A stretch of DNA of 64,000 nt from an uncultured delta proteobacterium (GTDB lineage Bacteria > Desulfobacterota > BSN033 > UBA1163): the NCBI GenBank assembly GCA_963708295.1, contig CAVPSJ010000008.1, forward strand, positions 96,001 through 160,000, read 5' to 3'. This document shows, in pieces, positions 1 to 10,428 of the stretch. How positions within the stretch are numbered: the stretch's first letter is position 1; every line of letters starts with the position of its first letter. The notes under the pieces were generated by a model. It was not told the DNA's origin. It made no database searches and saw nothing but the letters and a program-made list of their open reading frames with translations. The translations under genes and the position numbers were made by a program.

Positions 1-454
1 CATCCTCATCGCCACGGAGAGCGGTGAATTGGCCGGTGGCGCCGCATCCTGGGACGGCGTGAAGACCAACCGGAAGAGAGCCATCGAGGCGGGCGATATG
101 ATTGTCGTCCTCCAGTGCGTGCCGAAGCCCCTCAAGGAACTCCCGAACGTTCCCAAGATGATCGACTTTGCAAAGACCGACGAGCAGAAGAAGTTTGTCC
201 AGATCGTGATCCATGACGCAAACGACTACTCGAGGCCCTTTGCCGTCCCTCCGGGAACGCCGAAGGATCGTGTTGAGATTCTGCGCAAGGCCTTCCAGGA
301 GACGATGAAGGATAAGGAGTTCCTGGCTGAGATAGACAAAATGCAGTTGACCCTCGATCCGACGACCGGCGAAGAACTGACGGCCGCGGTGGCAGGCTCC
401 TCCAAGCTGGATCAGGCCACGCTGGCCAAGCTCAAAGATATCCTCTTCAAATAG
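1..454 (+). CDS. Tripartite tricarboxylate transporter substrate-binding protein (TctC/Bug family), C-terminal part
   Basis: RPFAVPPGTPKDRVEILRKAF...DKEF is a typical Bug/TctC C-terminus. Lies upstream of tctA; 5' end is outside the window. Confidence 0.85.
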   Translation, partial: ILIATESGELAGGAASWDGVKTNRKRAIEAGDMIVVLQCVPKPLKELPNVPKMIDFAKTDEQKKFVQIVIHDANDYSRPFAVPPGTPKDRVEILRKAFQETMKDKEFLAEIDKMQLTLDPTTGEELTAAVAGSSKLDQATLAKLKDILFK

Positions 455-505
455 GACAGGGACCGATAGGCGGCCGGCAAAACCCGTCGGCATGGGAGGC
501 AGGTC

Positions 506-2023
506 ATGTTAGAGACTGCGCAGTCGTTTCTTCTCGGTTTGACGCAGATCTTTACGGTGACGACCTTCGGGCTCATGCTCTTCGGTATCGCGATCGGTTT
601 TGCGGTCGGGATCCTGCCGGGACTGGGAGGACCGACGGCGATGGCACTGATGCTGCCCTTCGTCGTGAAGATGACCCCGGTCGAAGCCTTCGCGTTCCTG
701 CTCGGTATGGCCTGCGTCGTCAACACGACCGGAGACATCACGTCCGTGCTGTTCGGCATTCCGGGTGAGCCGACGACTGCCGCCACCATTGTGGACGGCC
801 ATCCGATGGCGAAAAAGGGCGAGGCCGGCCGCGCCCTCGGCGCAGTCCTGATGGCCGCGCTGATCGGCTCCATCTTCGGCGCCTTTATGCTTGCGATCGC
901 CGTTCCCATCGTGCGGCCCCTCGTGCTCTCCTTCGGATCACCCGAGTTCTTCATGCTCGCTCTTCTCGGCATCACGTTCGTGGCATCGCTGAGCGGCGCC
1001 GACGTCATCAAGGGTCTCTATCTCGGGAGGATTGGGCCTTTTTGTTGCGACGGTGGGCCTCGACCCTGTCTCCGGCATTCAGCGCTTCACCTTCGGCCAG
1101 ACGTTCCTGTGGGACGGCATCGGGCTGGTGCCGATCACCATCGGTTTTTTCGCGATCCCGGAGATCATCGATCTTGCGGTGACGGGTTCGAGCATCGCCG
1201 GCGGACGGACCGGAGCGCTGGGCGGGGTCAAGGAGGGCATCCGCGACGTATTCCGTCACATCTGGCTCGTTCTCCGCTGCGCGGCTATCGGCACGTTCTG
1301 CGCGATCATACCCGGCATGGGAGGCGCGACGACCCAGTGGCTTTCTTACGCCCACGCCGTCCAGAGCTCTCCCGACAAGGAGCGCTTCGGCAAAGGGGCC
1401 ATCGAAGGGGTGCTGGGTCCGGGGGCGTCCAACAACTCGACGCTCGGTGGCAGCCTGATCACGACCATCTCTTTCGGGATTCCGGCCAGCGTCTTCATGG
1501 CGATTCTCATCGGGGCCTTCATCATGCACGGCGTCGTCCCCGGCCCGGACATGCTCCGGCCGGAATCGCAGGGAGGACACCTCGGCCTCACTTACTCCTT
1601 CGTCTGGATCGTGGTCATCTCGAACCTCATCACCGTGGGCATGATCTTTCTCCTCCTGAAACAGATCGTCAAGGTGACGTACATACGCGGCAGCCTGCTC
1701 ATCCCCTTCATCCTGATGCTCATCTACCTCGGCGCCTTCGCCGAGAAGAATGCCTTCCCGGATCTGATTCTGGTCCTGATCTTCGGCGGACTGGGCTGGG
1801 TACTGGAAAAGCTCAAATGGCCGCGACCGCCCTTGATCCTCGGGCTGGTGCTCGGAGGACTGGCGGAGAGCAGGCTCTTTCTTTCCGTGGGCAATTATGG
1901 CTTGAGCTGGATCTGGCGTCCCATGGTCCTTGTGCTCATCGCGGTCACCCTGTTCGGCGCCCTTTACTCCGTTCTTAAAGGAAGGAAGGAGAAGAGAAGA
2001 CATCGGATGGTGGAAGCCGTTGA
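506..2023 (+). CDS. tctA: TTT permease TctA (frameshift near 1020; end approximate)
   Basis: GILPGLGG and GIPGEPTTAATIVDGHPMA motifs in the 506 frame; continues in the 1032 frame with IIPGMGG and NNSTLGG. Confidence 0.9.
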
Positions 2024-2546
2024 GAGTGGTTCAGGGGCCAGGGTGAGGGCAAAGGGCGACGATCAACAAGTGGTCAGCGATTTTTGCTCTTGGCCTCGTC
2101 GATCATCCTTGCCCTTGCGCTCTGGCAGAGCAGGAACTTCAACGTCCGGGCCGGACTCTTTCCCTGGGCGATCGGTTTCCCGCTCCTTGGACTTTTGCTC
2201 CTGCAATTCGTCCGAGAGCTCATGGGCAAAGCCGGTGTTCGGTCGCGGGGACGATACCGTCGAAGAGGAGGACCAGGGGGTGCCCGCTGATGTGGCGAAC
2301 CGCCGGACGAGAAACATGTTCGGCTGGATTATCGTCTACTTCCTGGCTATCTGGCTCCTCGGCTTCACCATAGGGGCCACCCTGTGCTGTTTCATCCAGC
2401 TCAAATTTGCATCCAAGGAGAAGTGGCTGATCACCCTGATCCTGACTGCGGGTCTTTGGGCCTTCGTCTACCTGTTGTTTGACCGCACGCTCCACGTGCC
2501 ATTCCCGGCGGGATATCTCTTTGAGGTACTGGGGATGGCGGAATAA
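2007..2546 (+). CDS. tctB: TTT small subunit TctB (two apparent indels)
   Basis: AGLFPWAIG in the 2084 frame; C-terminal LFDRTLHVPFPAG in the 1032 frame; four hydrophobic segments. Confidence 0.75.
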   Translation: MVEAVESGSGARVRAKGDDQQVVSDFCSWPRRSSLPLRSGRAGTSTSGPDSFPGRSVSRSLDFCSCNSSESSWAKPVFGRGDDTVEEEDQGVPADVANRRTRNMFGWIIVYFLAIWLLGFTIGATLCCFIQLKFASKEKWLITLILTAGLWAFVYLLFDRTLHVPFPAGYLFEVLGMAE

Positions 2547-2586
2547 GGGAGATAACTTTTTTGCCCAAGAATAGGAGGGCCCAAGA

Positions 2587-3580
2587 ATGTCGAAGCTCAG
2601 ACTGACACTCGCTTGCTGGAACTACGACCGGACCCGGGGCCTGGCCGATGGCTCTGTTCAGCCGGATGGCATTGATCTGACCTACTTGAATCTTCCGGTT
2701 GAAGAGACATTCTTCCGAATGCTGCGATACCGGGAGTTTGAAGTAGCGGAGATGTCCCTGTCCTCGTACACGGTCTCGCTGTTCCGGGAGGATCCGCCTT
2801 TTATCGCCATCCCGGTCTTTCCCGTCACGGTCCTTTCGCCACAATGCAATCTTTGTTTCGACAAAAAGCGGTGTACGGGAGCCGAAGGACCTGATTGGCA
2901 AGCGGGTGGGCAATCCCGAGTACCAGTTGACGGCGCAGGTGTGGATCCGTGGAATCCTCTCCGATGAATACGGTGTCGCACCCGCCTCTGTCGAGTACTG
3001 GACCGGAGGCGAAGAAGAACCCGGCCGTGAAGAGAAGATCGCTCTTGACTTGCCGCCGGAATTCAAGATCCGGCGGATCGGGCCGCATCAGACGCTCTCA
3101 CAGATGCTCGCCGACGGAGATCTGGACGCACTCTACGCCCCCCGGATCCCGTCGACTCTCGCATCGAGACCGAAGGACGTGCGCCGGCTCTTCGAAAATT
3201 ATGCGGAGGTCGAACACGCTTACTTTTCAAAAACGAGGATCTTTCCCATCATGCACGCTGTCGTCATTCGCCGAGACGTCTACCGCGCTTATCCATGGGT
3301 CGCCCAGTCGTTGTATAAAGCGTTTGCCGAATCCCAGCGCCTCATCTATAAAGACCTCGAAGAGACTGCGGCGCTCAAGGCCATGCTCCCTTGGCTCTCC
3401 GTGCACGTCGAAGAACTGAAGCGAACGATGGGGGCGGACTGGTGGCCCTACGGATTCGAATCCAACCGGCACGTGATCGAAACGTTTCTGCGCTACCACC
3501 ATGAGCAGGGGCTCTCCAAGCGAAGGCTTCAGCCCGAGGAGTTATTTGCCCCCGAAACGCTGGCAGCCTACAAAATCTGA
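2587..3580 (+). CDS. 4,5-dihydroxyphthalate decarboxylase-like protein (periplasmic-binding fold), frameshift near 2826
   Basis: LTLACWNYDRTRGL, EMSLSSY, AIPVFP, PEYQLTAQVWIRGIL, FPIMH, WPYG and HHEQGL motifs of the PhtC/OphC family. Confidence 0.85.
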
Positions 3581-3735
3581 AGGTTCTTCGCGTCCCAAGG
3601 CGCTATTCGCCCGCAAAACCTAAACGTTGCCGTTCCTGCGAGCTGGCATTACCTCCGGCGGTTCAGCCGAAATCACCCCGGAAAACTTGATGAAGATGGG
3701 GGCAAAGATGCTTTTTTTTCAGCTCCTCTCACGCT

Positions 3736-3764
3736 TGACATTGAAACCTAGGTTTGTTAAGAAC
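3736..3764 (+). promoter_or_regulatory. Putative sigma70 promoter with a palindrome in the spacer
   Basis: TTGACA-17 bp-TAAGAA, with AAACCTAGGTTT between the hexamers. Confidence 0.5.
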
Positions 3765-3819
3765 TCAATATTTGAGGCATTTTAAGAGCACACTTGAGGA
3801 AAGAAAAGGAGAAATTCTT

Positions 3820-5013
3820 ATGGAGGATCCAAAAGAGAGACTGACGACGAGTATTTCGACTGCCGAGCTTGAGCGGAGATGGAAAGCTGCACGAGAGATG
3901 ATGCGTGCAAAGAAGATTGATTTCTTGGTGATGAGGCAGGATGAAGAATTCCTGGGCGGTTATGTGAAGTGGTTTAGCGATTTTTCTGCCCGTCACAGCT
4001 ATCCGTTTACGGTCATCTTTCCCGTGGACGAGGAGATGACCTTTATCACCTGCGGAGGGTTTCCTCCGGCCGAGCCCGGGTTCCCTCCCCAGTGGGCCGT
4101 GCGTGGGGTAAAGAAGAGATTGGGAGCTCCTTACTTTGAGTCGGTTCACTACACCAGCACTTATGACGCAGAATTAGCCGTGGGAGTGTTGAAAGAGAAG
4201 AAGCAGGCAACGGTCGGATGGCTGGGAAAGTCGTATATCCCCATTACTTTTTATGAATATTTGAGAAAGCATCTGCCGGGGCGGAAGTTTGTGGACGCCA
4301 CGGATGAGATCGATCAGATCAAGGTCATTAAGAGCGCAGAGGAGATTGAGCTGATTAAAGGCACCGCGGCGCTTCAAGATGTGGCCATGGAGCACGTGCG
4401 AAAGTCCATCCGTCCGGGACGGAGAACTTTTGAGATGTTGGCGGAAGCCCAGTATTCCTGCGTGATGCAGGGGAGTGAACGCCAGCTGATCTTAGTCAAT
4501 TCCGGCCCTCCCGGGATGCCGGTCCCGTTTGTTTTCCGTCGTTTTCAAAACAGGGTCATCAGAGAGGGAGATCAGTTTTCAATCCTGCTCGAGGTGAATG
4601 GGCCTGGAGGTTTTTATACAGAATTAGGTCGTATTTTTTCGCTCGGAAAGCCTCCGCAAGCCTTGCAGGATGCGTATGGGGTCGCTCGCGAAGCTCAGGA
4701 AGTAACGCTTAAATTGTTAAAACCCGGGGCGAGCCCGAAAGATATCTCGGATGCCAATAATGATTTTCTGGAGAAGAGGGGATATTTGCCCGAGAAGCGA
4801 CTTTATGCGCACGGCCAGGGGTACGACCTGGTAGAGAGGCCCCTGATTCGGCATGACGAGCCGATGAAGATTCAAGCGGGGATGAATTTAACCATTCACC
4901 CGGGGGCGACGAATTCGACGGTATGGGCCACGGTTTGTGACAACTACCTGGTTACCGAGACAGGGGTGAGCCCGTGCCTTCATAAGACCCCGAAAGAAAT
5001 AATCGTAGTCTAG
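3820..5013 (+). CDS. M24 (creatinase/Xaa-Pro peptidase fold) family protein
   Basis: ELERRW N-domain, IKSAEEI, AHGQG and TIHPG motifs; AAAGGAG RBS before ATG 3820. Confidence 0.85.
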   Translation: MEDPKERLTTSISTAELERRWKAAREMMRAKKIDFLVMRQDEEFLGGYVKWFSDFSARHSYPFTVIFPVDEEMTFITCGGFPPAEPGFPPQWAVRGVKKRLGAPYFESVHYTSTYDAELAVGVLKEKKQATVGWLGKSYIPITFYEYLRKHLPGRKFVDATDEIDQIKVIKSAEEIELIKGTAALQDVAMEHVRKSIRPGRRTFEMLAEAQYSCVMQGSERQLILVNSGPPGMPVPFVFRRFQNRVIREGDQFSILLEVNGPGGFYTELGRIFSLGKPPQALQDAYGVAREAQEVTLKLLKPGASPKDISDANNDFLEKRGYLPEKRLYAHGQGYDLVERPLIRHDEPMKIQAGMNLTIHPGATNSTVWATVCDNYLVTETGVSPCLHKTPKEIIVV

Positions 5014-5169
5014 CAGGCCGCTGAAAAACGCCCATCTGCGGCGTCTCCCTCATCCTTCGTCGTTGCGGCGTACCGCGAAGTACGCCTCACTTCTCAGGAT
5101 TTCGGGCGCCTTGCATCTGGGCATTTTTGAGCAGCCTTCGAAAAGTGATTTTTTTCAGCAGGTTGGTAA
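5012..5169. mobile_element. MITE-like element, copy 1
   Basis: Inverted ends CAGGCCGCTGAAAAA / TTTTTGAGCAGCCT and TTTTTCAGCAGG; homologous to 21462-21672 and 53522-53701. Confidence 0.75.
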
Positions 5170-5190
5170 AATTACGGGAGGAGATCGCAC

Positions 5191-6123
5191 ATGAAATTGG
5201 TGATACTGGAACAGAGAGCCGAGGCATACAAGAAGGCGTTGAGCCCCAAGTTTCCTGAGGTGACCATTCACGCAGCCGCCCAGGAGGCTGAGGTTGGAAA
5301 ATTTATCGAGGAGACGGATGTTTTGTTGACGATACGCATTTCGGACGATCTCCTCAAGAAGGCCACAAAACTCAAATGGATTCATGCCCTCACGACGGGG
5401 GTCGACTATCTTGTCAATCTCCCTTCGCTGAGGAAAGAGGTTATCCTCACTTCTACCCGGGGTATTCACGGTCCCCAGGTTTCGGAAATGGCCTTCCTTC
5501 TGATGCTTGCTTTAAGCAGGAATTTTCCTGAAGTCGTTCGCAACCAGGATAAGGGCCTATGGGAGCGTTGGGCCGGAAAACTTCTTTGGAAGAAAAAGGT
5601 AGGAATCCTTGGGGTAGGAGTGATCGGGGAGGAGATTGCTCGGAAGTGTAAGGTCTTTGGGATGGAGGTCTTCGGGATCGATATCATCAAGAGAAAACTG
5701 GACTGCATCGATGCTTTCTATGGGCCTGAGGATATGGTCAAGGTGGCAAAAGAGGTGGACTATCTGGTAATCGTGGCTCCCAATACACCTGAGACGGAAA
5801 AGATCATAGACTCGAAAGTCCTTTCGGCCATGAAACCGACTGCCTTTTTGCTCAACCTGGGGAGAGGAGAACTCGTGGACGAGGAAGCATTGATTCGTGT
5901 CCTGAAGTCAGGGAAGATCGCCGGTGCAGGTCTGGATACCTACTGGAAGGAACCGCTGCCCAAAGAGCATCCGTTCTGGGGAATGAAGAATGTGATCGTC
6001 AGCCCCCACGTGGCGGGAATGAGCGATATCTACGTGGAACAGGCTCTGACGATTTTCGAAGAGAACCTTCGCCGGTTCATCAAAGGGGAAAAGCAAAACT
6101 TGCTTAATGTTGTGAAGGGGTAA
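5191..6123 (+). CDS. D-2-hydroxyacid dehydrogenase
   Basis: GVGVIG NAD-binding motif; NLGRG, EPLP and SPHVAG catalytic motifs. Confidence 0.93.
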   Translation: MKLVILEQRAEAYKKALSPKFPEVTIHAAAQEAEVGKFIEETDVLLTIRISDDLLKKATKLKWIHALTTGVDYLVNLPSLRKEVILTSTRGIHGPQVSEMAFLLMLALSRNFPEVVRNQDKGLWERWAGKLLWKKKVGILGVGVIGEEIARKCKVFGMEVFGIDIIKRKLDCIDAFYGPEDMVKVAKEVDYLVIVAPNTPETEKIIDSKVLSAMKPTAFLLNLGRGELVDEEALIRVLKSGKIAGAGLDTYWKEPLPKEHPFWGMKNVIVSPHVAGMSDIYVEQALTIFEENLRRFIKGEKQNLLNVVKG

Positions 6124-6140
6124 AGGGAGGGAGAGAAGAG

Positions 6141-6599
6141 TTGGTTGAGGAGAGGATTAAGGACGCGACAAAGATTCTGAATCTTCTAAGGTCCATGGCG
6201 GGCTACAAACCCCATTTTGAGATCCTCGGAAATTACCGTCTGATTGACGATGGCGTCCGACCCGAGGCGACCATTATGCTCCGGGCCAACGGGAAGGAGA
6301 TGCACGAGGCAGAGACAGGGGTGGGGCCGGTCGATGCCCTCGCGAAGGTGTTGAAGAAATCGTTGAAATCGATTTTCCCTGAGATTGATCAGGTGAAACT
6401 GATCGACTTCAGCTCCAGAATCTTCGACCCAGGGGCTGGAACCGCAGCAGGAGTGGAGGTCGAGATTTTGTTCAGCAACAGTCAGGACGCATGGAGAGTG
6501 AAGGCTTTTTCAGAGAATATTAATAAGGCCTCTTTTCTGGCGTTAGTGGATGGGTTTGAGTATGGAATCTATGTCTCAAGAGAGAAGAAGGACGGGTAA
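6141..6599 (+). CDS. Stand-alone 2-isopropylmalate/citramalate synthase regulatory domain protein
   Basis: EATIMLR, GVGPVDAL, VKLIDF and SENINKAS...ALVDGFEY match the LeuA allosteric domain. Confidence 0.8.
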   Translation: MVEERIKDATKILNLLRSMAGYKPHFEILGNYRLIDDGVRPEATIMLRANGKEMHEAETGVGPVDALAKVLKKSLKSIFPEIDQVKLIDFSSRIFDPGAGTAAGVEVEILFSNSQDAWRVKAFSENINKASFLALVDGFEYGIYVSREKKDG

Positions 6600-6602
6600 C
6601 GC

Positions 6603-6735
6603 AATTTCAAATGTCAAAATCCCTGCCTTCGCCGAAGCGGCTTCGCGCAGGCAGGCAAATGCCAAATTAGATCCAAAGCCCCCAAATGACAAGCAAACCA
6701 AATTTCTTGAACTTTAAACTTTGACATCTGGCATT
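6603..6735. repeat. CAAAT-unit palindromic repeat with an inserted CCTGCC...GGCAGG hairpin
   Basis: caaatgtcaaaa ... tttgacatctg; internal insert at 6622-6655. Confidence 0.6.
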
Positions 6736-6759
6736 CGGCCAAATAATCGGAGGAATAGG

Positions 6760-6936
6760 ATGGATCGTAAGAGCATAGAGGAGGCCATTAAGGAAAAGGC
6801 CAAGGATGGAAAACTTCCTTGTGCCGTGTGCTTCAAAATAGCTGAAGAATTTGGCATTTCGAATAAGGAAATGGGAAAGATCCTGAATGAGATGAAGGTT
6901 AAAATCGGCCACTGTCAGTTGGGCTGCTTTGAATGA
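6760..6936 (+). CDS. Small conserved Cys-rich protein (58 aa)
   Basis: GKLPCAVCFKIA...KIGHCQLGCF; GGAGG RBS upstream. Confidence 0.8.
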   Translation: MDRKSIEEAIKEKAKDGKLPCAVCFKIAEEFGISNKEMGKILNEMKVKIGHCQLGCFE

Positions 6937-6945
6937 TTTTTCTGC

Positions 6946-7035
6946 TTGACATGGGTAATCATTTGAATATAATGATCGGGACTTAGAATGAATAATTCAC
7001 TCAGAGCAAAAATAAAAGGAGGTGAATGGTTCATT
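6946..7035 (+). promoter_or_regulatory. sigma70 promoter of the cstA operon with candidate operator palindromes
   Basis: TTGACA-16 bp-TATAAT followed by ATGAATAATTCAC and GTGAATGGTTCAT. Confidence 0.6.
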
Positions 7036-7108
7036 ATTGAAGCGAAAAGGGTGGGGGGAATTCATTACTATCTCGTAGGTGATTTTATCACCACAAGGAG
7101 GTAACATT

Positions 7109-8794
7109 ATGAATTCAGTTGTTGTTTTGATCATCGGGTTTCTCGTTTTTTTCATCGGTTATCGTTTCTATTCGAAGTACGTTGATACGAAAATTGTTAA
7201 ATCTGACCCGAAGAGGGCCACTCCGGCCAAGATGTATATGGATGGAGTCGAATTCATGCCCACCAGCAAGAACATCCTCTTCGGCTACCAGTTCAAATCG
7301 ATTGCTGGCGCAGCCCCGGTGATCGGACCCATCCTTGCGATCCAATGGGGATGGCTCCCTTGTTTGTTATGGCTCTGCCTTGGCGCGTTGTTCATTGGAT
7401 GGGTTCATGATTACTCGAGCGCTGTCGTAGCCATGCGAAATGAAGGAGCTTCCTTCGGGGGGTTGAGTTACAAATTAATCTCGCCGAGAGCTCGGGTTAT
7501 TCTCCTCTCCTTTATCTATTTCTTTCTGCTTCTCATCGCCGGCGCCTTTGGAGCGATCGTTGTCAACGCAGCCACCGGGCAGAAAAGTGCTCCCATGGCC
7601 TGGCTCCTTCTCACCATCGGTGGCGTTCTTGCTGGACAGATGATCTATCGATGGAAGAAAGACATCGTTCTGACTACCATTATCTGTGTCGTTATTGCGT
7701 TGCTGGGGATCTATCTTGGAACAGTTGCTCCTTCTAACAGTATCCTTGGAAGTGCAATTGCCGGCGACAAATATGTATGGGGCATTGTTGCGCTTGTCTT
7801 CTGCTACTTCGCTGCGGTCTTACCGATCTGGAGATTTGCCCTTCCCATTAACTATGTCGCCTCCTATATCGTTTTCCTCGGTCTCTTATTCGGGATCATT
7901 GGAGTATTTGTCCTCCATCCCGATTTTACACTGCCTGCTTATACAGGTTTCAATATCAAAATCGGACCTCTCTGGCCGATCCTGTTTGTGACGATCGCTT
8001 GCGGAGCAATCTCTGGATGGCACAGTATCGTTTCCAGTTCGGGAACAGCCAGGCAATTAGAGTTCGAACCGGATGCCCGTCCAGTAGGGGGCGGTGTGAT
8101 GTTTGTGGAAATGATGCTGGGTTTGTTCGCCCTGGTCATTGCCGGAACGATTTTTGCTTCGCCTTCCGAATATTCAGCAGCGATAGTAAAAGGGCCCATT
8201 CCCGTATTCGCAGCGGGAGTGTCCAAATTCTTAGGTGCGTTGGGGATGCCTGCTGCAATAGGAAGTTCCTACGGCGCAGTCATGTTAATCATCCTGGCAG
8301 TCACCATCCTTCAACTGGTTATCCGGTTTATGCGAGTGGCCACATCAGAGATTTTGGGGGATATTAGCCCCATCTTTAAGAATGTCCATGTCGGAACCAC
8401 TATCGCCAGCGTTCTCACACTGCTCCTGATCTGGACAGGATGGTGGCAATATCTCTGGGTCCTTTTTGGAGGAGCCAACCAGTTGATGGCCTCCCTGGCT
8501 CTGATGCTGATGACCCTGTGGTTGATGTCGCAGGGGAAATCCTACAAATGGACCTTTTACCCGATGATTTTTATGTTTGTTACGACAATCGCCGCCCTGG
8601 TGGTTACCTCTTATAGACTTTTCACCGCTGTGTTTACAGGTGCGGTGAAGGGAGAGGCGTATGTCGGGAACATACTGATGGGCTTGGTTGGGATCTTCCT
8701 CATCATTGCTGCACTCATTCTGGGAGCGGAAGGATTAAAGGCTTTTGGTCGTTATAAGGCTGTAAGGGCGGAAGGAGCCCCTGCCAAAGCATGA
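7109..8794 (+). CDS. cstA: Carbon starvation protein A family transporter
   Basis: TPA..DGVEF, QFKSIAGAAPVIGP, IACGAISGWHS and LFGGANQL motifs; many TM helices. Confidence 0.95.
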   Translation: MNSVVVLIIGFLVFFIGYRFYSKYVDTKIVKSDPKRATPAKMYMDGVEFMPTSKNILFGYQFKSIAGAAPVIGPILAIQWGWLPCLLWLCLGALFIGWVHDYSSAVVAMRNEGASFGGLSYKLISPRARVILLSFIYFFLLLIAGAFGAIVVNAATGQKSAPMAWLLLTIGGVLAGQMIYRWKKDIVLTTIICVVIALLGIYLGTVAPSNSILGSAIAGDKYVWGIVALVFCYFAAVLPIWRFALPINYVASYIVFLGLLFGIIGVFVLHPDFTLPAYTGFNIKIGPLWPILFVTIACGAISGWHSIVSSSGTARQLEFEPDARPVGGGVMFVEMMLGLFALVIAGTIFASPSEYSAAIVKGPIPVFAAGVSKFLGALGMPAAIGSSYGAVMLIILAVTILQLVIRFMRVATSEILGDISPIFKNVHVGTTIASVLTLLLIWTGWWQYLWVLFGGANQLMASLALMLMTLWLMSQGKSYKWTFYPMIFMFVTTIAALVVTSYRLFTAVFTGAVKGEAYVGNILMGLVGIFLIIAALILGAEGLKAFGRYKAVRAEGAPAKA

Positions 8795-8842
8795 GTTTTA
8801 GGCCCCGGGAGTAGGAGGAGGCGACTCCCCAATTCCAAGTGA

Positions 8843-8942
8843 ATACCCTCCCGCTGGATGCCTGCCTGCCGGTAGGGCGGGTGAGGGTGGCTTTCAAATC
8901 CCCCCATCCCCCCTTTTTCTAAAGGGGGGTGAGGGGGGATTA
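8843..8942. repeat. REP-like palindromes (CCCTC...GAGGG with CCTGCC insert; ATCCCCC...GGGGGAT)
   Basis: AATCCCCCCATCCCCCCTTTTTCTAAAGGGGGGTGAGGGGGATT hairpin; related copy at 59879. Confidence 0.7.
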
Positions 8943-8968
8943 ATTTTTTCATAAGGAGAGATTTCTTT

Positions 8969-9241
8969 ATGGCAAAAGAGGAGAAGAAGAAAGGGGGGCT
9001 TCTGCAAGCGGTTAGAGAGTTTGTTTACGGGGTGGCGGCTCACGATTCAGCACGATTTGCTATGAAGACAAGGGCGAGCATGGAGCATCTCTTCATCCTC
9101 ATCACTATGGGAGATATGCTGGGTGTTCCAATCCTGCCACCTTACTACTCCCTGCGGCTATTACCTTATGTGGTTCCTCAGATCTCCACCTGGAAACGGA
9201 GGATGCTGAGGGAAAAAGATTTTACGGATGCGCTGGCCTAA
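8969..9241 (+). CDS. Small conserved protein of cstA-arsA operons (cory-CC-star-like)
   Basis: EHLFILITMGDMLGVPILPPYYSLRLLPY...WKRRM; located between cstA and arsA. Confidence 0.75.
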   Translation: MAKEEKKKGGLLQAVREFVYGVAAHDSARFAMKTRASMEHLFILITMGDMLGVPILPPYYSLRLLPYVVPQISTWKRRMLREKDFTDALA

Positions 9242-9247
9242 GAAGGC

Positions 9248-9378
9248 AAATTCGAGATTCGAAATCCGAAGCACGAAACAAATTCAAATTTCGAAATATC
9301 GAAGACGGTTTAGATCATTTGAATTCTAGCCGACTGAGTTTGTTTCGGGTTTCGAGATTCGATATTCGGATTTTTAGT
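9248..9378. repeat. CGAAATC-type short-unit palindromic repeat
   Basis: cgaaatccgaagcacgaaacaaattc ... gtttcgggtttcgagattcgatattcg; same family at 49195, 50675, 57478 and 57715. Confidence 0.75.
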
Positions 9379-9392
9379 TTTTAAAGAAAGGG

Positions 9393-10374
9393 GTGATTGA
9401 CATTCCATTAGCTGACATATTTGATAAATTTCCGGATCGACGATACATCATGTTTGGCGGAAAAGGAGGACTTGGGAAAACCACCTTTTCAGCAGCGACA
9501 GCCTATTATTTGGCCAAAAAAGGGAAAAAGGTCCTGGTCTTTTCTGTTGACCCGCAGGCCTCGCTTACCGATATCTTCAAAAAGGATATTTTCGGAAAGG
9601 GGCCCACGGAGATCATGCCCAACCTTTATGCCCAGGAGATCGATGCCGACCGCCGGGTAAAGGAATATCAACAGGAAATTCGGCGTAAGATTCTGGACAT
9701 GTACGGAATGGAAAAGATTCCCGGAGGAGATTGAGAGTTACATCCAGGCTGCGGCGGCCGAACCCGCCATGGAAGAAAGCGCCATTTTTGATGAGGTGGT
9801 GGATATTGTCATCAAGGGCGGCTACGACTACTATATTTATGACCTGGTTCCGTTGGGTCATGCCCTTTACTATCTCAGCATGGCCTCCGTCTACGATGCC
9901 TGGATCAGTAAGATTACGGGCCTCCGGGAGCAGATGCGAGAATATGATCAGGCGGCGGCGGTGATGAAGCGGGAGAAAGAGTTGGATGAAGATGCGATCT
10001 TGAACGAACTGCTGTACATTAAAGATCGTATCAACAAGTCCTCAAGCATCCTGACCGATAAGCAGAAGACAGCCTTCTTTTTTGTTTTGACGGCCGAGGA
10101 GATGATCATCAAGGACACTTTAAAAGCAGCGGAACTTTTTGCCAAATTTGATGTTCCCTTGAGCGGTTACATCATCAACCGGGTCTTGCCTGTCGGTTTG
10201 GCGAGCCAGAATATTCCAGAATATTTGAAAAACCGTCTGACCATGCAGGAACATTATCTGAAGGTGATTGATACGACCTTTGGAAAAGAGATTATGGCAT
10301 CCGTTCCTGAAATGGAGCGAGATGTGACCGGTCTACCCATGATCGAAAAGATGGCGAAGGCCATGTTTGGATGA
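9393..10374 (+). CDS. ArsA/Get3-family ATPase 1 (frameshift near 9730)
   Basis: GGKGGLGKTT P-loop, SVDPQASL, EIDA, DLVPLGHAL and IINRV motifs. Confidence 0.88.
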
Positions 10375-10428
10375 ATCGGCGGATCACTGAAAGTTGAACG
10401 CTTAAAACTGGATACAAGGAGCACTCAC

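Noticed and set aside
1032-2546. TctA-TctB fusion ORF
   Set aside because: The middle of TctB is in another frame, and one indel would give TctA a stop at 2021-2023 overlapping an ATG at 2007. The fusion is probably an artefact.
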